Under the pieces are notes generated by a model, which was given only the letters and a program-made list of their open reading frames with translations, was not told where the DNA came from and did not search any database. Shown one piece after another: positions 1 to 39,448 of a stretch of 64,000 nt of DNA. Location: NCBI GenBank assembly GCA_002269645.1, contig NIVC01000938.1, positions 73,278 to 137,277 of the forward strand, in the 5' to 3' direction. Source of the stretch: Macrostomum lignano (lineage: Eukaryota). The position numbers were made by a program, and so were the translations under genes. Each line of letters starts with the position of its first letter. The first letter of the stretch is position 1.

Positions 1-975
1 GGTCAACTCAAGAGACTCCACCAGAGAATTAGGGGGTCAACTCAAGAGACTCCACCAGAGAATTAGGGGGGTCACAAGGGGGGGTCAACTCAAGAGACTC
101 CACCATAGAATTAGGGGGTCACAAGGGGGTCAACTCAAGAGACTCCACCAGAGAATTAGGGGGTCACAAGGGGGGTCAACTCAAGAGACTCCACCATAGA
201 ATTAGGGGGGTCACAAGGGGGTCAACTCAAGAGACTCCACCAGAGAATTAGGGGGTCACAAAGGGGTCAACTCAAGAGACTCTACAAAAGAATCAAAAGG
301 GGTCACAAGAGGGTCAACTCAACACTCCACCAAAGAATCGAGGGAGTCACAAGGGGGGGGGGGTTTCTCAAGAGACTCCACCAAAGAATCAAAGGGGTCA
401 CAAGGGGTCAACTCAAGTGACTCCACAAAAGAATCAATGGGTCAGAAGGGGGTCAACTCAAGCGAGTCCACAAAAGAATCAAGAGGGGGTCGCAATTGGG
501 GGGTCAACTCAAGAGACCCCACTAAAGAATCGAGGGGGTCACAAGGGAATCAACTCAAAAGAGACCCCATTAAAGAATCAAAGGGGTCACAAGGGGGTCA
601 ACTCAAGAGACTCCTCCAAAGAATCAAGAGGGAGTCACAAGGGGGGTCAACTCAAGAGACTCCACAAAAGAATCAAGGAGGTCACAAGGGGGTCACCTCA
701 AGAGACTCCACTAAAGAATCAGGGGGTCACAAGGGGGGTCAACTTAAGAGACTCCACTAAAGAATCAGGGGGTCACAAGGGGGGTCAACTCAAGAGACTC
801 CACGAGAGAATCAGGGGGGTCACAAGGGGGGTCAACTCAAGAGACTCCACCAAAGAATCAAGAGGGAGTCACAAGGGGGGTCAACTCAAGAGACTCCACA
901 AAAGAATCAAGGAGGTCACAAGAGGATCACCTCAAGAGACTCCACCAAAGAATCGAGGGGGGCCACAATGGGGGT
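1..975. repeat. G-rich minisatellite, unit about 45 bp (GGGGTCACAAGGGGGGTCAACTCAAGAGACTCCACCAAAGAATCA)
   Basis: Direct reading; lies in the ELP1 intron following the 1059 donor. Confidence 0.95.
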
Positions 976-1058
976 CAACACAACTCAAGTTGTGCTGTAT
1001 TTGTTTAATTCAACACCAGGAGTATGCATATTGATCCGAATTGACATTTTAAACTCAC

Positions 1059-27763
<26,705 letters not shown>

Positions 27764-27917
27764 GCTTTTAATGCGTGTCTTTTAGGTGAATACAATAGCA
27801 AAACCAAAGACATGAAACGTGATGATTGTCGATATTACAACTCTAAAACTATTATAACACTGCATACTACCTTATGGCACCACAATGTCTTATAATTTCT
27901 TTATCTGCATTTATCCT

Positions 27918-28940
27918 AGTCACTCACTATCACATTCCCTAATAATTACAGTCACTCACTATCACCTAATTCACTAACAATTACAGTCACTCACTATCAC
28001 ATTCCCTAATAATTACAGTCACTCACTATCACCTAATTCGCTAACAATTACAGTCACTCACTATCACCTAATTCACTAATAATTAGTCACTCACTATCAC
28101 CTAATTCACTAATAATTAGTCACTCACTATTACCTAATTCACTAATAATTACAGTCACTCACTATTACCTAATTCACTAATAATTACAGTCACTCATTAT
28201 CACCTAATTCACTAACAATTACAGTCACTCACTATCACTTAATTCACTAACAACTACAGTCACTCGCTATCACCTAATTCCCTAATAATTACAGTCACTC
28301 ATTATCACCTAATTCACTAACAATTACAGTCACTCATTATCACCTAATTCACTAAAAATTACAATCACTCACTATCACCTAATTCACTAATAATTATAGT
28401 CACTCACTATCACTTAATTCACTAACAATTACAGTCACTCGCTATCACCTAATTCCCTAATAATTACAGTCACTCACTATCACCTAATTTACTAACAATT
28501 ACAGTCACTCATTATCACCTAATTCACTAAAAATTACAGTCACTCGCTATCACCTAATTCCCTAATAATTACAGTCACTCGCTATCACCTAATTCCCTAA
28601 TAATTACAGTCACTCACTATCACCTAATTCACTAATAATTACAGTCACTCGCTATCACCTAATTCCCTAATAATTACAGTCACTCGCTATCACCTAATTC
28701 CCTAATAATTACAGTCACTCACTATCACCTAATTCCCTAATAATTACAGTCACTCACTATCACCTAATTCACTAATAATTACAGTCACTCGCTATCACCT
28801 AATTCCCTAATAATTACAGTCACTCGCTATCACCTAATTCCCTAATAATTACAGTCACTCACTATCACCTAATTCCCTAATAATTACAGTCACTCACTAT
28901 CACCTAATTCACTAATAATTACAGTCACTCATTATCACAT
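27918..28940. repeat. 35-bp minisatellite CAGTCACTCACTATCACCTAATTCACTAATAATTA
   Basis: Direct reading; upstream of the ELP1 ATG. Confidence 0.95.
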
Positions 28941-29589
28941 TCATAACACCAGACACTTTAATCAAGCTAGCTAACATTGCCCCGAAAAAACAATTTCAAA
29001 ACGATAAAACAAAACGTTTTAAAAAATAATATAAACCGTGTAATAAGTATCGCTTGTTTTTTAAAAGAAAATTTTAGCGACAGAAAAAACTCTGTATTTA
29101 GCAAAGTGCAGTGCAGTTCAAGTGTCTTTGCGACAGTGGCTGTGGAAAACAAAGGTCACCAAAACAGAAAAATATAGGAGCTTTATCTTCGTTGGATAGA
29201 CTGCTTTTAAAAAAAACATTTTTTTTGGTTTTGCTTCATTTAAAATTGAAAAATTATCAATTTAATCAAAGCGGATAATAGCAGATAAAAGTTTTGATAA
29301 AAAGGCATCCAATATTCGTAAAAAAATAGCCGAATAATATAAACTAAAAATTTAATTAGAGCCTTTAGAATTATACAATGTAGCTAAATAATGGAAGTAG
29401 ATAAATAACTTGAACTTATTGCTCGCAAAAATTTCCGATTTTAACACTACAGTAGACGGCATAGCACAAATTAAAAATAACAATTTATAAAGAAGAATAA
29501 TACATTACTTATTTATGACGCATTACATGCATACTATATTTAATAGCAACTGTCAAGATGCCACCAATAAATGTGTCTACAGCCAGCAT

Positions 29590-30070
29590 TATTATCAGCT
29601 GCACTGTCTATGGCACCAGACAGTCAGGGTGTATCTGCTGTCTACTACAGCCAACCTTATTATCAGTTGCACTGTCTATGGCACCAGTCAGTCAGGGTGT
29701 ATCTGCTGTCTATAGCCAACCTTATCAGTTGCACTGTCTATGGCACCAGTCAGTCAGGGTGTATCTGCTGTCTATAGCCAACCTTATCAGTTGCACTGTC
29801 TATGGCACCAGTCAGTCAGGGTGTATCTGCTGTCTATAGCCAACCTTATCAGTTGCACTGTCTATGGCACCAGTCAGCCAGGGTGTATCTGCTGTCTATA
29901 GCCAACCTTATCAGTTGCACTGTCTATGGCACCAGATAGTCAGGGTGTATCTGCTGTCTACAGCCAACCTTATTATCTGTTGCACTGTCTATGGCACCAG
30001 ACAGTCAGGGTGTATCTGCTGTCTATAGCCAACCTTATCAGTTGCACTGTCTATGGCACCAGTCAGTCAG
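29590..30070. repeat. 62-bp minisatellite
   Basis: GTATCTGCTG recurs at 29699, 29761, 29823, 29885. Confidence 0.92.
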
Positions 30071-30207
30071 GGCGTATTTGCATAACTTTGATTTGTTTGC
30101 AAATCAAAACAAAGTGCAAAAACGCATACTTTTAATAGCTTGCAAGGCGCCGTTGAATTGTTAATTAGGAAATAAAGCGCGTCCCCACAGCGTAATCAAG
30201 GTCGTTA

Positions 30208-31053
30208 CTAAGACTTGAGTGAAGTCGAATTTAAGTCATGACCATCGCCCATCATTTGCTGCATAGAATGCAACGCCTCTGCTTCGATAGCATTAACAGC
30301 AGAGCTATCAACAATATTCGTGGATATTTTAGACCGGCTTTTGTCGCTTATGATTGTGAAATCTTCTATATTGCTGCTGTAAACGTGACTGCCAATATTG
30401 TTGCAGCATAACAGCATAGCAACAACTATAGCCAATTCTAGGCAGCTGACAACCAATCGAAGCCATAGCAACGGACGAGCGGCGGACGCCGCAGCAGCAG
30501 TGGCTGGTGAAGTTGACAAATCGGAAGCCCCTGCTGCGGCTGCTGCTGTTGTCAAGGACGACGTCAAAGGCGGAGAATTCGAATAGTCCAGCGTACTCAT
30601 AGAGGACACAGTCGATAAGTCAGTCGGTGCACTATCTGCGTCATCAAAATAATAGACCCAATAGAAGCCCGCAGTCAGCCAGGCCAACGAGAACAAGTGG
30701 CCAACGCTAGCTACCGTGAATAAGCAGCAACGATAGCAATTATTTTTGCCGCCTCTACTACTAACAGTAGCAGTAGTAGCATTAGCAGCAAATTGGTCTC
30801 GACGAAAACAACTGCAACTGGCCAAACAGCTGAATAAGCAGCCAAATATGCCGCTGACGATTAGATACGTTGCTATGGCAACGCCGCGGTAGTTGCCAGT
30901 CGCATTGGAATGCCGCAGTCTGGTCAGATGCAGGCAGCCAATGATTAATTCGGCCACACTGACGCATAGCGACAGCAGGCCCAAGCCTAGCAAGGAGAAA
31001 AACACCGCTATTAGAATCCGAGTTCCGCTAGCTTTGCTGTTGAAGGCCTCCAT
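30208..31053 (-). CDS. Intronless multi-pass membrane protein, TMEM272-like (281 aa)
   Basis: Open 281-aa ORF with about four hydrophobic segments; AELIIGCLHL, ATYLIVSGIFG and LFSLAWLTAGFYWVY resemble the TMEM272 family pattern. Family call is from motif recall only. Confidence 0.6.
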   Translation of the reverse strand: MEAFNSKASGTRILIAVFFSLLGLGLLSLCVSVAELIIGCLHLTRLRHSNATGNYRGVAIATYLIVSGIFGCLFSCLASCSCFRRDQFAANATTATVSSRGGKNNCYRCCLFTVASVGHLFSLAWLTAGFYWVYYFDDADSAPTDLSTVSSMSTLDYSNSPPLTSSLTTAAAAAGASDLSTSPATAAAASAARPLLWLRLVVSCLELAIVVAMLLCCNNIGSHVYSSNIEDFTIISDKSRSKISTNIVDSSAVNAIEAEALHSMQQMMGDGHDLNSTSLKS

Positions 31054-31232
31054 ATCGGCGCAACTCCTCTTGTTGTTGTTGTTGTTTTTTTTGTTATTAT
31101 TATTATTATTATTGTTGTTGTTGTTGTTGTTGCTTCAGCTTCTGCCGCAAAGAAGCAGCTCAAACGCCATGCAGCAAACAATTTAAGGCAAAATTTTGCA
31201 AGTATAATCTAGTCTAGCACATAGATATTAAA

Positions 31233-31648
31233 ATAACTAGATGGGCCACTCAGGCTTTATACTTAGTAAAACAGCTTTCTACTTTCAGTTCAGTAGCAAA
31301 GAAGAATACATAAGCTATTTTATAAAACTAAAGGTAGCTGAAATGACTTTGATAAGTTTAGAAGCCCAAAGCTTGCAGGCGTAAACAGTTTGCTAATTGG
31401 TTCAGCAATAATGTACATTGGCCAGTCCACTGAAATGTACAGGGCAGCTTTAGTCTGGAATTCCGAGAAAGGCAATAAAAATTGGGGTGGGGTAGTGTGG
31501 AAAGGCTCGGTTGGAGTGTTTAAGCTGGGGGGGGGGGTTAAGAGGGTAAGAACCAATAAACGAGCATTGGCTTTAAAAAGTACATTAAAATGCTTCAGTT
31601 TCTGAAAGTAGTTTACACGCAAATGTGCTGAGTAGGCCCATCTAGAAT
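31233..31648. mobile_element. MITE, copy 2
   Basis: Reverse-complement homolog of 15433-15830 along its length, with the same ends. Confidence 0.85.
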
Positions 31649-32169
31649 GGTATATGTGGTCTAACACAGGTATTTCCTATTTCTTACTAAGAAAAACTGT
31701 AGTAGCCAACAGAAAAGAACAGAAATAATTATTTTTAATAAATGAATCGACAAAATCCAGTTTATTTGTACGTTATTAGCATGCACAGCAATATTACTCA
31801 GTAAGTTTACAAATCCACTTCTATAATTATAAGTAGTAAGTTGTGTAATAAGTAGTATAAACTATATTGATGCGAAAATTAGTCGAAAAATGAATAGAGA
31901 ATATAAATGCGATACAACGATGTATACTTACTAATATGAAAATGATTATTCACACCGAGTTTTTATTACTTAATTATTGTTTTCGTATCGGCTTAGTATA
32001 ACCCGATTATGGCTGTAGTGTATGGAAGATTAATATTGCTAAGTGACATTAAAAATCTTCCTACCCCCGTTAAATATCATTCCGCATTGCACACAACGCT
32101 ATCTACTTCTCCCGTATCACTTAACAATCACTTATCCATTATCTACTTATCCCTCTTATCCACCTGTAA

Positions 32170-33040
32170 TGTATCTCCCTCTGTCTTATCTCAGTCTCCC
32201 CTGTCTCCCTCTCCCTTATCTCCCTCTCCCTTATCTCCCTCTTCCCCATCTCCCTCTCCCCTATTTCTCTCTCATGTATCTCCCTCTCAACTATCTCCCC
32301 CTTCCCTGCCTTCCTCTCCTCTATCTCTCTCTCCCCTATCTCCGTCTCCCTTATCTCCCTCTCCCCTATCTCCCTCTCCCCTATCTCCCTCTTCCTTATC
32401 TCCCTCTTCCCCATCTCCCTCTCCCCTATGTCTCTCTCATGTATCTCCCTCTCAACTATCTCCCCCTTCCCTGCCTTCCTCTCGTCTATCTCTCTCTCCC
32501 CTATCTCCCTCTCCCCATCTCCCTCTCCCCTATCTCCCTCTCCCCTATCTCCGTCTCCCCTATCTCCGTCTCCCCTATTTCCGTCTCCCTTATCTCCCTC
32601 TCCCCATCTCCCTCTCCCCTATCTCCGTCTCCCCTATCTCCCTCTCCCCATCTCCCTCTCCCCTATCTCCGTCTCCCCTATCTCCGTCTCCCCTATTTCC
32701 GTCTCCCTTATCTCCCTCTCCCCATCTCCCTCTCCCCATCTCCCTCTCCCTTATCTCCGTCTCCCCTATCTCCGTCTCCCCTATCTCCGTCTCCCCTATT
32801 TCTGTCTACCCTATTTCCCTCTTCCCTATCTCCCTCTCCCCATCTCCCTCTCCCCTATCTCCGTCTCCCCTATCTCCGTCTCCCCTATCTCCGTCTCCCC
32901 TATCTCCGTCTCCCCTATCTCCGTCTCCCCTATTTCCGTCTACCCTATTTCCCTCTTCCCTATCTCCCTCTTCCCTATCTCCCTCTTCCCTATCTCCCTC
33001 TTCCCTATCTCCCTCTTCCCTATCTCCCTCTCTCCCTATC
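32170..33040. repeat. Polypyrimidine 15-bp repeat (CTCCCCTATCTCCGT)
   Basis: Direct reading; between NUDCD3 and the TMEM272-like gene. Confidence 0.92.
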
Positions 33041-33182
33041 TCCAATTTTGTCTCCCCTATCCCTATCTGCCTTATCTTACCCATTTCTTACCAATTTACC
33101 CAGCTATCAATAGTAATATAAATATATCGATGCAGTAACAAGTAAATTAGAGGTTGAATTGGATCAATAACTGGACTGGATG

Positions 33183-35426
33183 TTACTGCTGCTGCTGCTG
33201 CTGTTTCAACAGATCAGCGGGCATCTGGTTAGAAATCACGCTCGGATCAAACGGAGTCCCCTTGAATGGCGAGCCTTCGGCGTCCCAGGCTTTGCGCAAC
33301 AGGTCCAAAGTTTTTGCTTCTTCGCTAGTTGGCAGGCCCATCTGCTTCTGGCGCTGGTCGAACATCATCTGGTCGATTTTAGCTTGGGCCTCCTCGTCTA
33401 AGTCGGACATAGGACGCGAGCAGTCGATCTCTCTGGTATTGATTTTCTCTTCCCCAGTGAAGCAGCAGTCCCACCAGCGTTCCTGCACTTTCTCTAGGCT
33501 GATCTGCAAGGGGGGGGGGCAATTATGGAATTCAATTTTGACAGACTCAGGCACTACGAGCTACGACAGATAGACAGTAACGCAGAACGATAGTAAAATA
33601 AACACTAAAGTAGAAGCTGAGACAGGCACTAAGAGTAAGACAGACACTAAGACAGTCAAGGCATTGAGACAGACATGCTGTGACAGACACCAAGACAGAC
33701 ACTGAGACAGGCACTAAGGCAGACACGAAGGTAGACAGTGAGACGGACATAAAAGCAGACACTGAGACAGGCCCTAAGGTAGACACTGAGACAGGCACTA
33801 AGGTAGACACTGCGACAGGCACTAAGGTAGACACTGAGACGGACACAAAAGCAGACACTGAGACAGGCACTAAGGTAGACACTGAGACAGGCACTAAGGT
33901 AGACACTGCGACAGGCACTAAGGTAGACACTGAGACGGACACAAAAGCAGACACTGAGCAAGCACTAAGGCAGGCACTGAAGCAAACACTAAGAAAGACA
34001 CTAAGACAGACATTAGGACAGACACTAGGACAGAATCTAAGACGGGCACTGAGACAGACACTGAGACAGACACTAAGAGACACTCAGACGGACACTCATA
34101 CAGACACTGAGACAGGCACTGGGACTCCAGCTCGCTCACCTGCACCACGCCGTCGCTAGGCACCAGAGACCAGACGGCCTCCTCAGCTCGAACCTCGTGG
34201 GACAGCTGCCGATCCAACACGGTTGAGAAGTCCCGAGCTCCACCGCCGCTGCGACAATCGACCCTCAACGATTTCCTACCGACATTCACGCGAACATCGG
34301 AGCCTTTGCTGGCCAGCGAACGATCGACGTTAACTCGAATGTCCAGCTCGGTGATGCTCTGGCTCCAACTGTAGCCATCCCTGGCAGCGCCGTTGTAGCA
34401 CTCTGGATCGGCTGAGTAGGCCAACTCACCTGTGGCTTTGTTAATTACAGTTGAACTGGCTGTCGGCTTCTTCTCGTCCGGCGGCTGTTCGGGTTTCTTA
34501 GAAACTGTCGACTGGGATGCAGCAGAGGCGCTGGAGGACTTAGGAATTGGCTGCTGTGGCTGCTGCTGTTGCTGCTGCTGTTGCTTAGCCTCGTGAGCTC
34601 GTCTTCAGTCGGAGAGACGAATGAAAGGTTAGAATGGCGAAATAATTCAAATTTGGAAAGTGCGCAATGGAAAAGATGCGCTTCCTTGTCACTGCATTCC
34701 CTCATCTCCTCACACTGATCTAATCTACCCCCTTCTCTCCTCTAATCTACACTTCTCTCTTCCAATCTACCCCTTCTCTTCCAATCGACCTCCTTCTCTC
34801 TTCCAATCTACCTTTTCTCTCCTCCAATCTACCTCCTCTATTCCAATCTACCTTCTTCTCTCCTCCAATCTACCCTTTTCTCTTCCAATCTACCCCGTCT
34901 CTGCTCCAATCTACCCCTTTCTCTCCTCTAATCTACTCTTTTTCTATCCTTTAATCTACCCTCTCTCTATTCTACTCCAATCTGCCCTTTTCACTCCTTC
35001 AATCTTCCCCTTTTCCACTCCAATTTACCTTCTTTCTCTCCTCCATCTACCCCCTTTCTCTCCTCCATCTACCCCCTTTCTCTCCTCCATCTACCCCCTT
35101 TCTCTCCTCCAATCTACCCCCTTTCATCCATCCATCTAACCTTTTCCACCCTCACTAAATCATTTTCTCTTACACCTCAAGCCAGCTCTCACTCACTTGA
35201 ACAAGGCCTCGTGCTTCTTAAACGACTGCTTAACCATATCGAAGGCGGCACCAGGTGGGAAGCCGCGATCTCTTGGCCCGTTCTCAGTCAGCTGATAATA
35301 ATAATCAGTCCGACGCATTAAAAAGCTGAACAGACTGTCAAAGAAAGCCGGCAGAGTGCCCTCACGCTGCAGTATGGACAAATATAGGCTGTCGTATTGC
35401 TCTTGTCGGTCGGCAGCTGACGACAT
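33183..35426 (-). CDS. NUDCD3: NudC domain-containing protein 3 (about 337 aa)
   Basis: Exons 35197-35426, 34140-34602 (acceptor approximate), 33183-33503 join in frame. N-terminal YDSLYLSILQ..FSFLMRRTDYY, CS/p23 domain CYNGAARDGYSWSQ..ISLEKVQERWW, C-terminal DEEAQAKIDQMMFDQRQKQMGLPTS..AWDAEGSPFKGTPFDP. Confidence 0.9.
33600..34125. repeat. GACAC-rich compound repeat with about 90-bp higher-order unit
   Basis: Direct reading; NUDCD3 intron 2. Confidence 0.85.
34700..35150. repeat. Degenerate CT-rich repeat
   Basis: Direct reading; NUDCD3 intron 1. Confidence 0.85.
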
Positions 35427-36477
35427 TGTACAAGAAATTTTTTGATTTATTAGCTTTGAAGCTGATAGATTCAAGTTGCTTTTTTTACAGATTAGCTGTG
35501 CTCGAAGCTCTGAAATATGAATTTCAAATTAAAAAAAATTAGCTGCTTTCGCGACTTACGAGCCATAGATAATAAAAAGAATTGCGTCATTTTTAATCTT
35601 CCGCTACAAAAATTCAGTAAAATGTTCTACTTTCTACTGGTATGAGTAGACGAACTCTAAGTAAACGTAAAATTTAAAAGGCCAAATATTGTTTTCGGGT
35701 ATTTGTAAACATTGCAAAAAATAACCAATTTTTATTAATGCTCAAATATATCAGCTGCTTAGCTTTGCAATAATGCTGCTGAGTTACAAGCAAATTAAGA
35801 ATACAGTGCATTACCTTAAATAGAAGCTTAAATATACAGTAAACTTGTAACTGCAGTGCACTTAACTACACAAGTAAAAAATTGGTTCGCTGCAAATTAG
35901 TGACTTTTTGTTAAATAATACTTCTAAACAGTTGTTTTCTGTTCAGTTTCAATTTCTTCAACCGAAGTACTAATAACAATATTAGCAATGTAAACTACTC
36001 AGGAAGCATTTTAAAGCATTCACAGGGATGCAAAAATTAAAAAAGTGCATTAGCATAGAAAATATCAAATTAGGATAAAAATCCAATTGGTACAACTTTA
36101 TCAAGATTCTTTACAATAACGTTATAGAAAAAAAAGGTGCAGGAAAAGCATGAAAACATTTCTGTACTACGTTACTCATATATAAAAAACATGACTGAAC
36201 TGTCATGACTTTCGATAAATTTTCTGAAAATATCGAAAAAGTACTCATTAGTAAACCCAAATAGAAAAATTTAATAAACAACAGTATAACAGACTAATAA
36301 CGACAGTTGCGTTTGACTAAATATCACAAACGTTGGTGTTCGTTTACTAGAAAAATAAGATGCTTCTATTTTTAAAAGTTTTAGTTACATTTTAAAAATT
36401 ACTTCAAACACGTATACAGGGTGTTAATTATTTGTTTTACAGAACTTAAAACTGCAAAGCAGTTTCTCGTATACTAG

Positions 36478-36841
36478 TTTGGAGGCAGAGGGTTGTGTGC
36501 ACCCTGGCGCACTTTAGGCGACATTGTCACACAACCGGCGAGAGGCATTGCTGCCCATTCCGCCGACTCCCCTGAGCAGGCACTCAAGCGCGCGGATACG
36601 TACGCAGTCATACGCACAGGCACACACTCACACAGGAGTGTACAGCGGCCCTAACTTTATCTATTGTTAGACATGCACACTTCACTGTGCTTTGGGGGTT
36701 GGCCCTCAAGGACGTTAATTGCACGAGCAGAGCCAAGCCGAGATTCCAATTAAGCCCCAAATTAATGTGACTGCACTTGGAATCGAGCCTGGGCCGCTGG
36801 CACATCAGAGCACCGCCGCTTGACCACTGGGCTACGGCTCC
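36478..36841 (-). mobile_element. tRNA-derived SINE, copy 2
   Basis: Head GAGCCGTAGCCCAGTGGTCAAGCG..GGCTCGATTCC; body near-identical to copy 1. Confidence 0.85.
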
Positions 36842-37267
36842 ACTTTAGTGTATTTACTAACGCATTAGTTCGATGTCTTTGATCGTTAATCGTCAGTTTG
36901 ACACTGACAGACATTTAACAAAGTGTTATTTATTTCGATTATTACACGAACTACATGCGCAAAATTTGCTAAATGAAAATTTGCCTTGCGATTTATACTT
37001 TATCATATTGCTCTTACCGTGTATGAGGACTAAAAAACACCAAGGACTGCACAAAAGTGCGATAGTCAAAAAAGTTGGTTTTCAAACAAAAAAGTTGTTA
37101 ACAAGCTAAACAATAGGAATAGGAAATAATCTAATGACATGGAAATGTTGATCGAGTCTTTAAAAAAACACCTAAAAGTCTTTAGAGACACAGCCAAAAA
37201 ATTGCGTTTTTATGATAAAAAATTGAATATTACACCAATTTATAAATTTTTAGATGATTTATTAAAG

Positions 37268-37697
37268 AGGGATCGGCAAATTTTGGCCCTCGGGTCCTTT
37301 AAAACTTTAAAATAGCAATCCGGCCCGCTCAAGGTTTTTGTCTCTTTCCAGTTCTCTTCTGTCTTTCTTATATTATCTCTTCTCTCAATCTCTCATCTAA
37401 TCTCTCCTCATATAACTTCTATCCTCTAATCTCTTTCTTTCATTATCTTCTCTCATCTTATATTCTCTTTCTTCTATTCTCTATCATTTAACTCATTTAT
37501 CTCCCATCTCACTTATCTCGCCTATGCTCTTATTTTTTCTCTCCATCTCATCTCGCCTCTCTTCTCTTCACTTTCATCTCCTCTCTCGCCTCTCCTCTCT
37601 TATCTCCTTAATTAACTGTACCTGCCCCGCAGTCATGAGCTAGATTCTTTATCTGGCCTTTGAAATAAAAAAAAATAAAAATTTGCCGACCCCCCAC
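37268..37697. mobile_element. hAT-like MITE with internal CT-rich tract
   Basis: GGGATCGGCAAATTT / AAATTTGCCGACCCCC inverted ends; no TSD found. Confidence 0.5.
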
Positions 37698-37804
37698 TTA
37701 GAGCATGATACAGTGCAATAACTTTGCTATAATGTGGTTTTCTAACAATCAAGTCTTAAGGCTACATTAGCTGTCTAAGAAACAACAACAGCATAGTCCG
37801 TTAG

Positions 37805-39448
37805 CTACACGACACATGTAAATGACCTTGGGATTAGAAAATCAAGCAGCGGCCTGTCTGCATACTTAGTAGGACAATTCCGTCTTGCATACCACTCCAT
37901 GCTGTACAGACACATCAGCACGCCTGTGCCAAGAAACAGGCAAACCCAGACAAATACAGCCCAGAAACGGGAGCGACCGTTGGCAAACATTAGCGCAAAT
38001 CCGAAACTGCAAAATGAGACAAATAATGCCGGAAAGAAGAAGCCTAAACCGAAAGAAATTACAATTTCGTGGAAGATGGCCGACAGGAGGAACACGCAGA
38101 CGGTTGCTAACAGACGATATTCGTATCCAAGCAACATGCAGATCTCGCGATACACATAGGCGTATAGCCAATCGTGTACAACGGTATTCCAAGTTCGGTA
38201 CCAAGTTCTAAACGACGTAGCATTCCACCAATCGCAGTAAAACTGTCTATCGCCAAATGTAAGCATTTCCGCGAAAGCGTTCATCCACGAGTGCAGAACA
38301 GTGAAGAATGTGATTAGCAGTACTAGGCCGCCAGGTAGAGCCGATTGGAATGCTGTGCGAACAAAATGAGCCAGACTGGGCCTACGCCAATGGCTAAACA
38401 CTGGTCGATAGTAGCGCAGCACCAACAGGTAGACAAAGAATATTCCGGCAACAACTTGACCAAGATTAGACGCCACGTAGTCCCATCGGATGTGATCAGT
38501 TCGCGGATAATTATCCCGATAAACCAGAGTTGGGGCGAATAAAAAGTACAAGAACCGACCGAAGCTAGGACAACAAGGCGTCAGACTAGCAGTTGACGAA
38601 GAACTATCAGAAGCGGTGGCGCTACAACTACCAGTCGACGAATAGTAACCACGACGTGCATTCTCCCAAAGGAAAGCGTGAACCTTCATCATTAGGCGAG
38701 CCTGTTCGGTTAGTACTATTAGAGCAGAGGCGGGCAGCAATTCAAACTGCAGAACCATACGAATCGGCTGCACTAGAAACCATAGCTGATAAACTGAGTA
38801 AGCAATCATCCACATAGACTTACTAATCCGACTATGGCCTTTAGTGCCAGCAATGCTTACATAGTAGTGAAAAGCCGGATAAAAAACTAGCAAAGCAGCC
38901 GCGTGCATCAACAGCCAGATTGCTATAGCGTCGGATAGCCGACCGAATGCCCAGAACACTAGCGACAAGGAGAATGTGTCAATCAAGGATTTACCTTCTA
39001 GAACGTCCGAGATAAGCGTGTTTAAACAGAACAGCGACATTATTGCAATGAAGATGTTTTGCAAACTGCGAAAATGCGCCAGTTCAAACAGCTCAGTTAG
39101 TAGACTATTGCGCAAGTGAAAGGTTTTCGGAGGCAGACGCTGTTCAACTGACAAATTGTCATCATTCTTGCCTTGACGATTATTTTTAGCCTGGTAACTA
39201 ATATTGGCGTCGAGAGCGGCTAAGGAGTCTAGTGACGTCATGCGAGCGGTTTCTGAACTCGCAGGTGCATCTACCAATGACGTCTCAAGCTCCGTTGACG
39301 CTCTGTCAATCAAGCCAGTCAGCTGTGAATCCAACAGCTCCAGAATCGACTGCTTGTCGTGTAGAAACTTTCGACGCCGACGAGCGTCTTCGAGTACGTT
39401 TAAACTGCCGTTGCTTCGCCTGGCGTTTTCTAATGACGACCGGTGCAT
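37805..39448 (-). CDS. SOAT1: Sterol O-acyltransferase (ACAT/SOAT, MBOAT family), intronless, 547 aa
   Basis: Motifs YFLFAPTLVYRDNYPR, HSWMNAFAEML, FYCDWWNATSF, WNTVVHDWLYAYVY and catalytic SAIFHE; many transmembrane segments. Confidence 0.92.
   Translation of the reverse strand: MHRSSLENARRSNGSLNVLEDARRRRKFLHDKQSILELLDSQLTGLIDRASTELETSLVDAPASSETARMTSLDSLAALDANISYQAKNNRQGKNDDNLSVEQRLPPKTFHLRNSLLTELFELAHFRSLQNIFIAIMSLFCLNTLISDVLEGKSLIDTFSLSLVFWAFGRLSDAIAIWLLMHAAALLVFYPAFHYYVSIAGTKGHSRISKSMWMIAYSVYQLWFLVQPIRMVLQFELLPASALIVLTEQARLMMKVHAFLWENARRGYYSSTGSCSATASDSSSSTASLTPCCPSFGRFLYFLFAPTLVYRDNYPRTDHIRWDYVASNLGQVVAGIFFVYLLVLRYYRPVFSHWRRPSLAHFVRTAFQSALPGGLVLLITFFTVLHSWMNAFAEMLTFGDRQFYCDWWNATSFRTWYRTWNTVVHDWLYAYVYREICMLLGYEYRLLATVCVFLLSAIFHEIVISFGLGFFFPALFVSFCSFGFALMFANGRSRFWAVFVWVCLFLGTGVLMCLYSMEWYARRNCPTKYADRPLLDFLIPRSFTCVV

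Noticed and set aside
417-1034. 205-aa and 107-aa ORFs
   Set aside because: Translations of the 45-bp intronic minisatellite, antisense to ELP1.
32009-33138. Ser/Pro/Leu-rich ORFs of 236-370 aa
   Set aside because: Products of the 15-bp polypyrimidine repeat.
36770-36841. tRNA gene
   Set aside because: A and B boxes are present but there is no complete cloverleaf, and it is fused to a repeated body, so it is a SINE head (likewise near 16320-16383 and 63497-63565).
37866-38817. Several plus-strand and alternative-frame ORFs
   Set aside because: Shadow ORFs overlapping the well-supported SOAT reading frame.
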